A DNA stretch of 64,000 nt from Oscillospiraceae bacterium (GCA_902766785.1 CACXEO010000080.1:17332-81331), one strand, 5' to 3'; counted from the first letter of the stretch, positions 33,640-43,677 are shown. Notes: a model not told the origin generated them from the letters alone. Program-made: numbers and translations.

Positions 33640-36078
33640 ATGAGCACGATAAAAATTTACACTCAAAAACGCCGTTTCCCCATTGCGCAGGATCTATACG
33701 GCCTATTTTTTGAAGATATCAACCGCTCGGGTGACAGTGGGCTTTACCCGGAACAGCTCCGCAACCGCTCTTTTGAAGACTCCGTTGTCCCTGAACGTTG
33801 TATTCTGGACGAGGACGGCAGTTTTTTCACAACCCCCACCGGCTGGCGCTGTGAGTTCAATAATGGAGAAGGGCTGAAACGATGGACGAAAAACCTTGCC
33901 CCGACCGATATTCCAGCCTGGTACAGCGAGGGTAACACCACGCTTTCTCTTAATGAGGAAGACACCCTGAACGATAAACGGCTGCGCAGCCTGGATATCC
34001 GCTTTGACGGTGCCGGAAGCGCCTACAACGTCGGCTATGCCGGAATTAACGCGAAAGTGGGCAAAGCGTTCCGGTTCTATATGTTTGCCAAAGGGATTAG
34101 CGGCGATACGCGGCTTACCGTTTCAATCAAAGGAGAAGACGGAACCGCTTATGACAGCGCGGAAATCGAGGTCAAAGAGGGTGGTTTCCGGCGCTATGAC
34201 TGCACTCTTACCCCCTCGTCCACCGACCGGAAGGCCCGGCTGCACCTCAGCAGCGCAGTCCCCTGCTCCATCCGTCTCGGCTTTATTTCGCTCATGCCGG
34301 CAGACACCTACATGGGACGGGAAAACGGCCTGCGCAGAGAAGTTGTTGAAATGCTCAAAGGGCTTCATCCTAAATTTATGCGGTTCCCCGGCGGTTGTAT
34401 TGTAGAAGGCTATTCAAAAGAAAACGCTACCCGTTTTTCCCATATGATCGGCCCAGTCTGGGAGCGCCCCAGCAATTACCTCCTCTGGTTTTACCGCACT
34501 ACCAACGGGTTTGGTTATCATGAATACCTTCAGCTCTGCGAGGACCTTGGCATGTCCGCGATGTATGTGGCCAACTGCGGCCTGACCTGCCAGGGACGCA
34601 AAACAGATTTTTTTGAAGGCGACGAACTGGAGGACATGTTCCAGGAATGCGTCCAGGCGATTGAATACGCCACCGCGCCGGTTGGGACAAAATGGGGCGA
34701 TATGCGGGCAGCTGCCGGACATCCCGAGCCGTTTGACCTGAAATACCTCGAAATTGGGAATGAAAATTACGACGAGGTCTACAACGTCCGTTATAAGATG
34801 TTCTACGAGCGGCTCAAAAAGCTGTACCCGCAGCTTATTTACATCTCCAACTGCCACACCGAACGGGACGGGCTGCCGACCGAAGTTGTTGACGAGCATT
34901 TTTACTCCGACCTGGAGTTCTTTGTCTCCCATCACAATTACTACGACCATTATGACCGGAAAGGCCCGCAGATTTTCGTCGGGGAATACGCGGTCACCGT
35001 TGGGGAAAATATGTGCTCCCTTGGAGCGGCACTGGGCGAGGCCGCGTTCCTGACTGGTGTTGAACGTAACCAGGACATCGTTTCCCTGACAAGTTACGCT
35101 CCCATGATGCTCAACGAAGACTATATGTCCTGGATACCCGACCTAATTGTTTACAACAACGACCAGGTTTATGGAATTCCCACCTATCACGCCCTGAAAA
35201 TGTTTGCGGAGCATCGCGGCGATACGGTAGTGGAGCTTGAAACACAGAGCGAACAGCAGCTTCTCGATTACCCCGGTATGCCGGCAATTGGGGCTGCCCA
35301 TCCAGGGGTTTCCTTCCGGAACGTCTTTGTTAACGGAACCCCCTGTGAAGAGGTGAGAAACGTCCCGGGTTACTTCCAAACAGTCGGCGAATTCCATAAA
35401 AAAGCCGATGCTTTTGTCAGCACCAGCGACAATGCTTATGCGCTGGCAGACCAGCAGTTCCGCAGGGATACGGTGTTGTCTGCCGAAATTAAGTTTGACA
35501 AGGAAAATGAAGCCACCCTCTCGGTCTGGAATTATAAAAGCAGCGGCGGCTATAAGGCGGAGGATGAAGACAGCCTCAACTACGACGGTATGGTCTACTA
35601 CGGCTGGTCGATTACCAATGGGGAAAGCTGGGTTTATGCCCGTAAGGGACGGCGCGATGCACTGACTGAACGGGTACCGCTTGACATCGACTTCAGCCAG
35701 TATAACGAATATAAAATGGTCACGGCTGAGAAAACAATTCAGTGTTTTGTAAACGGCAAACTGGTCCATGAAGCGCCGATTGTTTCCATGCCTTATCTCA
35801 CTGCTTCCGCAACCGTAGATGACAAGGCGGAAGAGGTAATTCTCAAATTGGTCAACATCAGCGAAGAAAATTTAGAAATCCCGCTGGTGTTCGACTGTGA
35901 AATCAGTTCCACTGGTGTTGCCAAAATTTTGACCGGAAACGGCAAATGCGCTAAAAACACCATGGATGCGCCGGAAGCTGTAATCCCCCAGGAAACGCTA
36001 CTGACAAACGTTTCCAGCCACTATCATTACAATGCGCCGGCAAATTCCGTCAATATTCTGCGCTTCTCAATGAAGTAA
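33640..36078 (+). CDS. Large-type GH51 alpha-L-arabinofuranosidase.
   Basis: 812 aa. N-terminal YGLFFEDINRSGDSGLYPEQLRNRSFED, MRFPGGCIVEGY, acid/base in EIGNENY, nucleophile region IFVGEYAV. Confidence 0.8.
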   Translation: MSTIKIYTQKRRFPIAQDLYGLFFEDINRSGDSGLYPEQLRNRSFEDSVVPERCILDEDGSFFTTPTGWRCEFNNGEGLKRWTKNLAPTDIPAWYSEGNTTLSLNEEDTLNDKRLRSLDIRFDGAGSAYNVGYAGINAKVGKAFRFYMFAKGISGDTRLTVSIKGEDGTAYDSAEIEVKEGGFRRYDCTLTPSSTDRKARLHLSSAVPCSIRLGFISLMPADTYMGRENGLRREVVEMLKGLHPKFMRFPGGCIVEGYSKENATRFSHMIGPVWERPSNYLLWFYRTTNGFGYHEYLQLCEDLGMSAMYVANCGLTCQGRKTDFFEGDELEDMFQECVQAIEYATAPVGTKWGDMRAAAGHPEPFDLKYLEIGNENYDEVYNVRYKMFYERLKKLYPQLIYISNCHTERDGLPTEVVDEHFYSDLEFFVSHHNYYDHYDRKGPQIFVGEYAVTVGENMCSLGAALGEAAFLTGVERNQDIVSLTSYAPMMLNEDYMSWIPDLIVYNNDQVYGIPTYHALKMFAEHRGDTVVELETQSEQQLLDYPGMPAIGAAHPGVSFRNVFVNGTPCEEVRNVPGYFQTVGEFHKKADAFVSTSDNAYALADQQFRRDTVLSAEIKFDKENEATLSVWNYKSSGGYKAEDEDSLNYDGMVYYGWSITNGESWVYARKGRRDALTERVPLDIDFSQYNEYKMVTAEKTIQCFVNGKLVHEAPIVSMPYLTASATVDDKAEEVILKLVNISEENLEIPLVFDCEISSTGVAKILTGNGKCAKNTMDAPEAVIPQETLLTNVSSHYHYNAPANSVNILRFSMK

Positions 36079-36084
36079 AATAAA

Positions 36085-36121
36085 ATCGGCCGGATTCCAG
36101 TTTGGAATCCGGCCGATTTTT
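36085..36121 (+). terminator. Terminator after the GH51 gene.
   Basis: 15-bp stem ATCGGCCGGATTCCA/TGGAATCCGGCCGAT followed by TTTT. Confidence 0.85.
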
Positions 36122-36174
36122 GCCCTCTATTGAGCAAACGCCTTATTAGCAGCACCCATAACACTTAACTGTAA

Positions 36175-36492
36175 TCAAACAAAAACAAACTGTACCAGCA
36201 GCATATAAACCAGGGTGCCGCCTGCAATGGAAAGCAGCATATTCTTTTTCCAGAAATGCGGCCCCGCAACCGCCAGGACGGCAATTCCCTCCGGTACGCC
36301 GAACGGGAATTCCAAAACCGTGACGTTTTTGAGGCAATAGACAATCAACAGCCAATCACCGCATAAGGCAGAACTGTTGACAGATAGCCAATATACTTCG
36401 GCGTAGGCTTGCTCGCCGGGAAAACCAGAAAGGGCAGGAAGCGGGTGAGCATCGTCCCCAATACGACGACAGCAACCGTGATGCATCGTCAT
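36175..36492 (-). pseudogene. azlD: azlD-like branched-chain amino acid transport protein gene with a frameshifted N-terminus.
   Basis: The C-terminal about 60 aa ([54 protein letters not shown]) match AzlD. The N-terminal about 45 aa of the ORF are non-membrane junk. Confidence 0.55.
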
Positions 36493-36547
36493 GATTCCTC
36501 CTTTCTTCCGGACAAAGGCCGGCGCAGCAGAGTCAAGACCGCGAACA

Positions 36548-37192
36548 TCAGCGCCATAGCGGGGAGAATAAACTGTTCCGCACCGAAAACAAGCAGACTA
36601 AAAAAGAAACTGCCAACCCAATCGCTGCAGGCAGATGCCGTTTCTGCGCCCTCCACTGGTCAATAAAAATGACCACAAAGAGGGCCGTCATCACAAAATC
36701 AATTCCCTTTGTATTAAAGGTCACCAGGCCGCCCAACAGGCCGCCGAGGGTGGAACCCACTACCCAATAGATGTGATTAAGCACGGTTACAAAAAACATA
36801 AGCCAATCACGATCCACCCCTTCCGGCGGCTTGGCAGAATTTATAGTGAAAGACTCTCACACATTCCAAAAATGAGATACCATTTCTTTTTTCCGGTTCC
36901 CTTATATGTTTCAAGCATTAAAACCCCGTAAAAAAGATGACGGGCGTTGACCATCACTGTCAGCAGAAGAGCATAAAGGGGGTTAAAAGCCGAAGCCAAA
37001 AGGGAGATGGTAACAAATCCCATAGAGCCCGCAAAAATTGTCATGCTCATGACCATTGGCTAAACAAAACCCTTTGCTGTTCATATAGACCCCATAAGCG
37101 AGCCCAAGAAAGAGGAACCCAGCGCAGATCAGAAGTGTGAGCGGGAAGGCAGCGCGAAAAGCCTTTCTCCAGGTACCTGTTTTTTCTTTCAT
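36548..37192 (-). pseudogene. azlC: azlC-like branched-chain amino acid permease gene split into three ORF fragments by at least two frameshifts.
   Basis: Fragments at 36983-37192 (N-terminus, ...AFPLTLLICAGFLFLGLAYGV), 36841-37056 (MSMTIFAGSMGFVT...VNARHLFYGV) and 36548-36817 (GIDFVMTALFVVIF) read colinear with AzlC. Confidence 0.65.
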
Positions 37193-37284
37193 CCGCCTCT
37201 CCCTCTCGCTTTAATTCATAAGGCCGTTTTTTCTGTTTTCTGACGAAAAACATCCCCCACGGGCATAAATTCTAACAACAGAAA

Positions 37285-37322
37285 AAATAAAAAGCACCGC
37301 AATAATCCGCGGTGCTTTTAAA
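37285..37322 (-). terminator. Bidirectional terminator after the corrinoid protein gene.
   Basis: GCACCGC-AATAATCC-GCGGTGC flanked by an A-run and a T-run. Confidence 0.75.
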
Positions 37323-37327
37323 TTCTT

Positions 37328-37951
37328 TTAGCAGAATGCAAGGGCAGCTTCCGCTGCGGCAGAAGCATTGTCGGTATAGCAATCCGCCCCAATAGTATCG
37401 CAGAAGCTCTGAGTGACCGGCGCACCGCCAATCATAATTTTGCAGTCCATCCCTTTCGCTTTCGCAAGGTCTACAACCTCTTTCATCTGGCCCATGGTCG
37501 TGGTCAGAAGAGCGGAACAGCAAATAGCGTCCGCCTTGTTTTCTTGCGCTGCTTCAATAAATTTTTCCGGCGCAACGTCAACACCCAGGTCAATGACGTT
37601 CAAGCTCTTGCTCTCCATCATCATTTTAACCAGGTTTTTTCCGATATCGTGCAGGTCTCCCTTGACGGTGCCAATGACAACGGTTCCCTTCGGTTCAAAA
37701 CCCTCAGCGATGAGCTTCGGTTTAAGGACCTCGATCCCCATATTCATCGCGCGGGCGGAAATCAGAACCTCGGGCACGAAAACTTCATTGTTTTTGAACT
37801 TTTCACCAATGACGTTCATACCGGAAAGAAGCCCTTCCTCCAGAATCTCCTGCGGGGAAATACCCTCATCCAGCGCCTGGGCAACCAGTTCCTTTACCTT
37901 TGGGGCGCGGCCCTGCTGTAAAAACGTGCTCATTTCCTCTAAGATGCTCAT
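37328..37951 (-). CDS. Stand-alone corrinoid (cobalamin)-binding protein with a B12-binding cap and Rossmann domains (MtbC/MtaC-like). The start was refined to MSILEEM, preceded by AGGAGA.
   Basis: 207 aa. DxHxxG motif (GDLHDIGKNLV), SxL (CCSALLTTTM), MIGGAP, and an N-terminal helical cap (ISPQEILEEGLLSGMNVIGEKF). Confidence 0.8.
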   Translation of the reverse strand: MSILEEMSTFLQQGRAPKVKELVAQALDEGISPQEILEEGLLSGMNVIGEKFKNNEVFVPEVLISARAMNMGIEVLKPKLIAEGFEPKGTVVIGTVKGDLHDIGKNLVKMMMESKSLNVIDLGVDVAPEKFIEAAQENKADAICCSALLTTTMGQMKEVVDLAKAKGMDCKIMIGGAPVTQSFCDTIGADCYTDNASAAAEAALAFC

Positions 37952-37979
37952 ATCAATTCTCCTTTTCATTTGGCCATTA

Positions 37980-39176
37980 TTATATATTTCCGCGGCTTTC
38001 CCGGTATCTCTTGGGAGAGACACCAACCAGCCGCTTAAAGACTTTTGTAAAGTAGCTCTGATCTTCAAAACCACAGAGGCTTGCCACATCCACTAAGGCG
38101 CAGCCGCTGTCTAGCAGCATCAGCTTCGCTTTGTCGATCCGCACCTTATTCACATAGGCCGAAAGGCTTTCGCCGGTTTCCTCTTTAAAAATGCGGCTCA
38201 GATAAGACTTGCTGAGCGAAACATGCTCGGCAATTTCATCAAGCGAAAGCTTCTCCGCAAACCGGTTCTTTACATACTCAGCAACCTTGAAAACAACGTC
38301 TGAATGCTTGATTCGGGAGAAGTCAAATGAATAATCAATAAACCGGTGAAGCAGCGCGGACAGCCACGCGCCAATATCTTCTACCGAAGTAAGCTTTTCC
38401 AGTTCCCGGATGAAGCTTTCGTTGCAGACGAAAATTTCATTCAAATCCGCCCCCGCCTCTATCGTCGCCCTTGAAATAACGACGGCGAGCTCAAGCGCCC
38501 GGGCCTTCATGGTATCCAAGTCATATTCCGCCACAAAATAAATGTGGCCCAGCAGCTGGTTTAACAGCTCCAGCGAACCTTTTTTGTCCCGGCGGTAAAT
38601 TAAAGCCTGCAGCTTTTTCTCCGCATCTATCGGGTAACGGTACCCGGGTTCCTCGAACTGTTGCCGGGCGGAATAAAGCTCTCCCAGCACCTTTTCCTGT
38701 TCATAGACCACCGATCCGGCAAAACTGTGCGCCCGCCCGGAAATTCCAGCGGTGAGAAGAGCCATTGTCTCAGCAAGGTCGTTGACCCTGCGGGTGGAAA
38801 AAACAGGAAGAACTTCCAAACGGCCGGAAAAAACGCCGTCCTGCAGAAGATAATCCTCCGGTTCACCCATCAGGAGCGGGCCCGCCACCAACCCAGCGGC
38901 CAGCCTTCCCTGTTCATCAGAAACCGAAGATGCTACAAAAATCATTCCCACCGGGCAGTAGTAAATATATTTACCGTTCCAACGGTAGGCCTCATGGCAG
39001 CCGTAAAGGCAGGTATTAAGCGCTTCACAGTCTTCCCTGTGGCAATAAAAACAAAACGTATTTTCACCCGGAGGACTACCTAAGTAGCGCTTTTGAAGAA
39101 CGTCAAGACAGGAAACCTGCACCTGGGCAAGCCCCGCAAGGTGTTCTGCACAGGAGATACATTGTTCCACCAACAC
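37980..39176 (-). CDS. AraC-family transcriptional regulator with an N-terminal Cys-rich PocR-like sensory domain.
   Basis: 398 aa. C-terminal AraC HTH (SLDEIAEHVSLSKSYLSRIFKEETGESLSAYVNKVRIDKAKLML). N-terminal FCFYCHREDCEALNTCLYGCHEAYRWNGKYIYYCPVGMIFVA resembles the PocR CxxC...YRCHAGL core. Confidence 0.7.
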   Translation of the reverse strand: MLVEQCISCAEHLAGLAQVQVSCLDVLQKRYLGSPPGENTFCFYCHREDCEALNTCLYGCHEAYRWNGKYIYYCPVGMIFVASSVSDEQGRLAAGLVAGPLLMGEPEDYLLQDGVFSGRLEVLPVFSTRRVNDLAETMALLTAGISGRAHSFAGSVVYEQEKVLGELYSARQQFEEPGYRYPIDAEKKLQALIYRRDKKGSLELLNQLLGHIYFVAEYDLDTMKARALELAVVISRATIEAGADLNEIFVCNESFIRELEKLTSVEDIGAWLSALLHRFIDYSFDFSRIKHSDVVFKVAEYVKNRFAEKLSLDEIAEHVSLSKSYLSRIFKEETGESLSAYVNKVRIDKAKLMLLDSGCALVDVASLCGFEDQSYFTKVFKRLVGVSPKRYRESRGNI

Positions 39177-39365
39177 AGTTCACCCTTTTCTTACTATTCT
39201 TAAATTATTATATCTTCTGCCCTAAAAAAAATTATAGTAGATTTTTTTACTTTTTGGTATATCGTTATCATAACGCATCTTGAGCGCAAGGTCAACCTGC
39301 CTCCTTTTGAGTTAAAAAATTGACGAACTTGCATAACAATTAAAGCTCCTGTATAATAAATGTAA

Positions 39366-40808
39366 ATGTTTTTGCAAAATTATAATACTACATATAAGCA
39401 AGGTGTCACTATGTTTTTTTTCAACGCTCAAAAATTGCTCCGCGGGGAACCTCCTTCCGGGGAAATCCCGTCAGATAAAAACATTTTAAAAAGAACGCTC
39501 ACAATTGCGTGGCCTTCAATTGTTGAATCCTTTTTGGTCGCCCTGGTCGGTTTTATCGACACCATCATGGTTAGCAGCCTGGGGGATGCCGCCATTGCTG
39601 CCGTTGGCCTGACGACCCAGCCAAAATTTATCGGTCTGGCTTTTTTTATTTCCTTGAACGTAGCAATTTCCGCTATTATCGCCCACCGGAAAGGCGAAGG
39701 CGACCGGGAGAGCGCCAACCGGGTTTTGATGCAGGCGCTGATGATTACTGTTGGGATGACCGTCATTGTCAGCGTGACCTGCATGGTATTCGCGGATCCA
39801 ATCATCACCCTGGCGGGCGCCAACGCGGATACCCAGCAGGAAGCCGCCGATTACTTCAGGATTATTATGGGCGGTATGATTTTTAATGTTGTCTCCCTGT
39901 GCATCAACGCTGCCCAGCGTGGCTGCGGTAACACCAAAATCGCGATGCGCACAAACATTGTTTCGAACCTCGTCAACGTTGTTTTCAACTACCTGCTGAT
40001 TGGCGGTAATTTTGGATTTCCGGCTCTCGGCGTCAAAGGTGCGGCGGTTGCAAGCGTCATCGGCACGGTAGTCGCCATGGGAATGAGTATCTTTTCGGTC
40101 ATGCACCCGGATGGTTACCTTTCATTCCGGCATATCACCAAAAACGAAATCCGGTTTGACAGGCGCTCCATCCGGTCGATCATCAACATCGGTTCCAGTA
40201 CGCTGGCGGAGCAGATTTTCCTGCGGATTGGCTTCCTAACCTTTACCATTGTCGTTGCAAACCTGGGCACCACCGCTTTTGCGGCTCATCAGGTCGGGAT
40301 GAATATTATGAGCTTGTCCTTTTCCTTTGGAGATGGTTTGTCGGCCGCATCCATTGCCCTCGTCGGGCAGAGCCTCGGCGCCAAGCGGGTGGATATGGCA
40401 CGGATTTACGGGGGTTTCAGCCAACGGCTTGGCCTAATTTTTGCGGCGTTTCTATCCATTATATTCCTAACCCTCGGCAGGCAAATCTTCAATCTGTTCT
40501 CTGACGGTGAGAAGTTTCTGGACTACGGCGTCATGATCATGACTGTTCTGACCGTGGTTGTATTCCTGCAAATTTCACAGGTGATTTTTTCCGGCTGCCT
40601 TCGGGGTGCGGGAGATGCCAAGTTTACAGCTTTCGTCTCGCTTGTCAGTGTCATGCTGATCCGGCCGGGCGCGGGCTGGCTGTTTTGTTACCCGATTGGT
40701 CTGGGACTCTTTGGCGCCTGGATTGGTCTGACGTTCGACCAGTTCTGCCGGTTTATCCTGACCTATATCCGCTTTAAAAGCGGGCGCTGGACTAAATATG
40801 ATGTATAA
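39366..40808 (+). CDS. MATE-family efflux transporter.
   Basis: 480 aa, 12 TM, MATE repeat architecture. Confidence 0.85.
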   Translation: MFLQNYNTTYKQGVTMFFFNAQKLLRGEPPSGEIPSDKNILKRTLTIAWPSIVESFLVALVGFIDTIMVSSLGDAAIAAVGLTTQPKFIGLAFFISLNVAISAIIAHRKGEGDRESANRVLMQALMITVGMTVIVSVTCMVFADPIITLAGANADTQQEAADYFRIIMGGMIFNVVSLCINAAQRGCGNTKIAMRTNIVSNLVNVVFNYLLIGGNFGFPALGVKGAAVASVIGTVVAMGMSIFSVMHPDGYLSFRHITKNEIRFDRRSIRSIINIGSSTLAEQIFLRIGFLTFTIVVANLGTTAFAAHQVGMNIMSLSFSFGDGLSAASIALVGQSLGAKRVDMARIYGGFSQRLGLIFAAFLSIIFLTLGRQIFNLFSDGEKFLDYGVMIMTVLTVVVFLQISQVIFSGCLRGAGDAKFTAFVSLVSVMLIRPGAGWLFCYPIGLGLFGAWIGLTFDQFCRFILTYIRFKSGRWTKYDV

Positions 40809-40810
40809 AC

Positions 40811-40846
40811 GAAAAAACTCTTCTCTATTTGAAAGAGCTTTTTTCT
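40811..40846 (+). terminator. Probable terminator after the MATE gene.
   Basis: Short imperfect stem CTCTTC/GAAAGAG followed by TTTTTT. Confidence 0.45.
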
Positions 40847-40989
40847 TTTCCCTATTTTATTTTTGCTTTCAAAATATTATAATAAAGAAAAACCCTCTTT
40901 GTCTTATTTGATCATTCTATATTGTTGTTATAAAAATTGCTGTTAACCGGTAAACCGGTCATTTTATACAAACAAGTGAGGTTATACTT

Positions 40990-42021
40990 ATGAATCCATT
41001 TTACCTAATTTCAAATGCCGAAACCTTTGCCTTTTCCGCCGAAAACCCTACCGGTCAAAGGGAGGGCGGTTCTCGCGGCGGCGATTGTACCAAATTGCGC
41101 CCAACCGTAAAAATTAAACCGGGAGAGACTGTTGTACTGGTTGATACCGAGGGGCCCGGCACAATTCAAAGTTTCTGGTTCACCGGTTATGTCGGTCACA
41201 ATTTCATTCTCCGTATTTATTGGGAGGGCAGCAGCACACCATCGGTAGAAGCACCGATTTCCGCCTTTTTCGGATGCGCTTATGACGAAAACTTTAAAGA
41301 TGTCGACGGAAACTATCCACTTTTGAATTCTTCTATGATTCTGGTAGCTCCGGGGCGCGGTCTTAACTGTTACTGGCCAATGCCGTTTAAAAAGCACTGT
41401 AAAATCACCATGGAAAACCGAGGCAGCGAGGAACACAGTCTTTACTACATTATTACCGGTTGTCATGAAGCACAGCCGGATAATATCGCCTATTTCCATG
41501 CTTCCTATCGGCAGGAGCACCCCGTGGTAAAAGGGCGTTCCTATACCGTTATCGATGGAATCGAAGGGAAAGGGCAGTTTGTCGGGCTTACACTTGCCTC
41601 CGGAATGAACGGGAATAACACCTGTTGGGTGGAAGGCGAGGCTCGTATGTATCTTGACGACGATCGCTACCCGTCTATTCACTACACCGGAACCGAGGAC
41701 TATTTCTGCGGATCTTATGCTTTCGGAAATGATATTTTATTAAAAAAATATCAAACTTACAGCGGGCTTTACGCCGGCATGTATGCTATCCTCGGAAACG
41801 ACCGCACTGAGACCTACAATGGTCAACAGCGCTTTTTGCTGTATCGTTTTCACATTCAGGATCCGATTCATTTCAACAAAAACTTTCGCATGACCCTCGA
41901 TAATCTCGGATGGACCGGCCCCCGCTACGACGATTATACCTCTGTTGCCTATTGGTATCAGACGCTTCCTGCAGCACCGCTTAAGCCGCTGCCGTCTGAC
42001 GAAGAGATGATAATGAAATAA
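40990..42021 (+). CDS. DUF2961-family protein (glycoside hydrolase family 172, beta-jelly-roll fructofuranosidase / difructose-anhydride enzyme family).
   Basis: 343 aa. YTGTEDYF, PFKKHCKITMEN, and double-jelly-roll hallmarks shared with characterised DUF2961/GH172 enzymes. Confidence 0.65.
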   Translation: MNPFYLISNAETFAFSAENPTGQREGGSRGGDCTKLRPTVKIKPGETVVLVDTEGPGTIQSFWFTGYVGHNFILRIYWEGSSTPSVEAPISAFFGCAYDENFKDVDGNYPLLNSSMILVAPGRGLNCYWPMPFKKHCKITMENRGSEEHSLYYIITGCHEAQPDNIAYFHASYRQEHPVVKGRSYTVIDGIEGKGQFVGLTLASGMNGNNTCWVEGEARMYLDDDRYPSIHYTGTEDYFCGSYAFGNDILLKKYQTYSGLYAGMYAILGNDRTETYNGQQRFLLYRFHIQDPIHFNKNFRMTLDNLGWTGPRYDDYTSVAYWYQTLPAAPLKPLPSDEEMIMK

Positions 42022-42133
42022 TCTAGCTGTACTTGACGCTCGGCGCAAATGTCGTTTAAAAAAGGAAGAAGCACCAATGAAAACCCGGTGTTTCTTCCTT
42101 TTTATCGTTTTCGGCCATAGTTCTTTCAAAGTT

Positions 42134-42565
42134 TCAATCAAAATATTTGCGGAATCCACAAGCCTTTGAATAACCGATTTGCTCATAAAACACATGGGCC
42201 CCGGTGCGGTTGCATCCGGAGACCAGCATGGAATAGGCACAGCGATGATCCTTTCCCCACTGTTCTACAGTTTCAAAGAGCAAACGCCCTACGCCCTTAC
42301 CGCGCCATCCATCCTTTGTAATCACATTTTCTATCACCAAAAACGGACGGCATCCTTTGCAGATATCCCGACAGAGAATTCCCATAACTGACCCCACTAT
42401 TTCATCGCCTTCGCAGGCAACTGCGAGAAAGTAATGGTCATCCTGCGCTATTCGTTCGAGTTCTGCCCCCACAAGTTCAGGATCATTGGGTTCTTCAATC
42501 AGCTCGCTCATTAAGGAAGAAAGCTGTTCGGTGTCTTTTATATCAGCTTTTCGTATAATTATCAT
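42134..42565 (-). CDS. GNAT-family N-acetyltransferase.
   Basis: 143 aa. Acetyl-CoA-binding segment RGKGVGRLLFETVEQW. Confidence 0.7.
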   Translation of the reverse strand: MIIIRKADIKDTEQLSSLMSELIEEPNDPELVGAELERIAQDDHYFLAVACEGDEIVGSVMGILCRDICKGCRPFLVIENVITKDGWRGKGVGRLLFETVEQWGKDHRCAYSMLVSGCNRTGAHVFYEQIGYSKACGFRKYFD

Positions 42566-42681
42566 AAAATATACCTCTTGTTATTATAGTTGGGAAACAA
42601 AAGAGCAGGGCTTCACTCTACCAAACCGTTTTCAGCTGGTAATTCTCATCCCGCCGCTGAAAACGAATAGAAAAAATCTCA

Positions 42682-43677
42682 TCACCGCATTATATTATTG
42701 TCCCCGCCTTTTATTCCCTTTTTTCGGTCATCCCAGCTTACAACCAGTTTGGTGATAACCGGCGTTAGAATATTGGTAAAGACCACTGCACTTGCAATTT
42801 GGGCAGTGGAAATATCCACGTAAGGCAGGTAGGATGGATCGAGCTCCGCCAGCATGGCCGGAACAGCGAGCGACATGGCGGCAATTCCGCAGAAAGCGCT
42901 GGAAGCGTGCCCCCTTTGTTTCAAGACCTTTCTCTCAAGGAACAGAAGAGGTACGTTGTTAAGAAGAAGGTAGAGAGCAGTCAGCGCAAGCCCCTCCCCA
43001 AAGGCATAGACAACGCTTGTCAGGTTGATTGAAGTCCCCAGGCAGAACCCGAGGAAGGGGAGAATCATAGTCCCCGCCGGTGCAAAAAACGCCCTGATCT
43101 CCGGATCAAGGTTTCCAAGAAGCATCCCCAGCAAAAACGGGATGAGAGACGCCAGCAGCGCCATATAGTTGAGGCCGCCGCTGTTTGAAAAACTCAGAAC
43201 GCAGATGGGGACAGCCGGAATGGAAATCAGATTGAGCAGGCCGTAGGAAGCACGGTCAATCTCATCGCCGTAGCTGTCCATCAGGCCGATATAAATTGCC
43301 GGCAGCAGGCTTGTCAGCGCCACTACCACTGTCACCGACGGAAAACCGAAAATGCCCTCTTTCCCGAACAGGATGCAGAAAAGAACGCCAAACCCAACCC
43401 CAAGGGCAAGTTTACCCAACGCCAGCGTCCCGCCCCGCTTCAGGGTTAGCCTTACCTGGGAGGGTTTAAACTGCGAGCCGGAAAAGAACAATACAAGGCC
43501 AATCAGGCACATAGTCCCTTGACTTGAAAAGGCAGCCGAAAACGGCACGCCGATTTCAAGCGCCTGAGGGAAAAAAGTTGAGATTAAAGAGCCGAGGGCT
43601 AACGGCACGATCATGAGACCCGCCGGAACCCGTTTTACCATTTTAAGAATTGAAAATGCCTTTTTCAATTTCATCAT
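42682..43677 (-). CDS. kdgT: 2-keto-3-deoxygluconate permease (KdgT family). The start was refined to MMKLKK; the ORF-track start lies 40 codons upstream.
   Basis: About 331 aa polytopic protein. KdgT signature segments (GTMILPFLGFCLGTSINL, LNLISIPAVP). Confidence 0.7.
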   Translation of the reverse strand: MMKLKKAFSILKMVKRVPAGLMIVPLALGSLISTFFPQALEIGVPFSAAFSSQGTMCLIGLVLFFSGSQFKPSQVRLTLKRGGTLALGKLALGVGFGVLFCILFGKEGIFGFPSVTVVVALTSLLPAIYIGLMDSYGDEIDRASYGLLNLISIPAVPICVLSFSNSGGLNYMALLASLIPFLLGMLLGNLDPEIRAFFAPAGTMILPFLGFCLGTSINLTSVVYAFGEGLALTALYLLLNNVPLLFLERKVLKQRGHASSAFCGIAAMSLAVPAMLAELDPSYLPYVDISTAQIASAVVFTNILTPVITKLVVSWDDRKKGIKGGDNNIMR

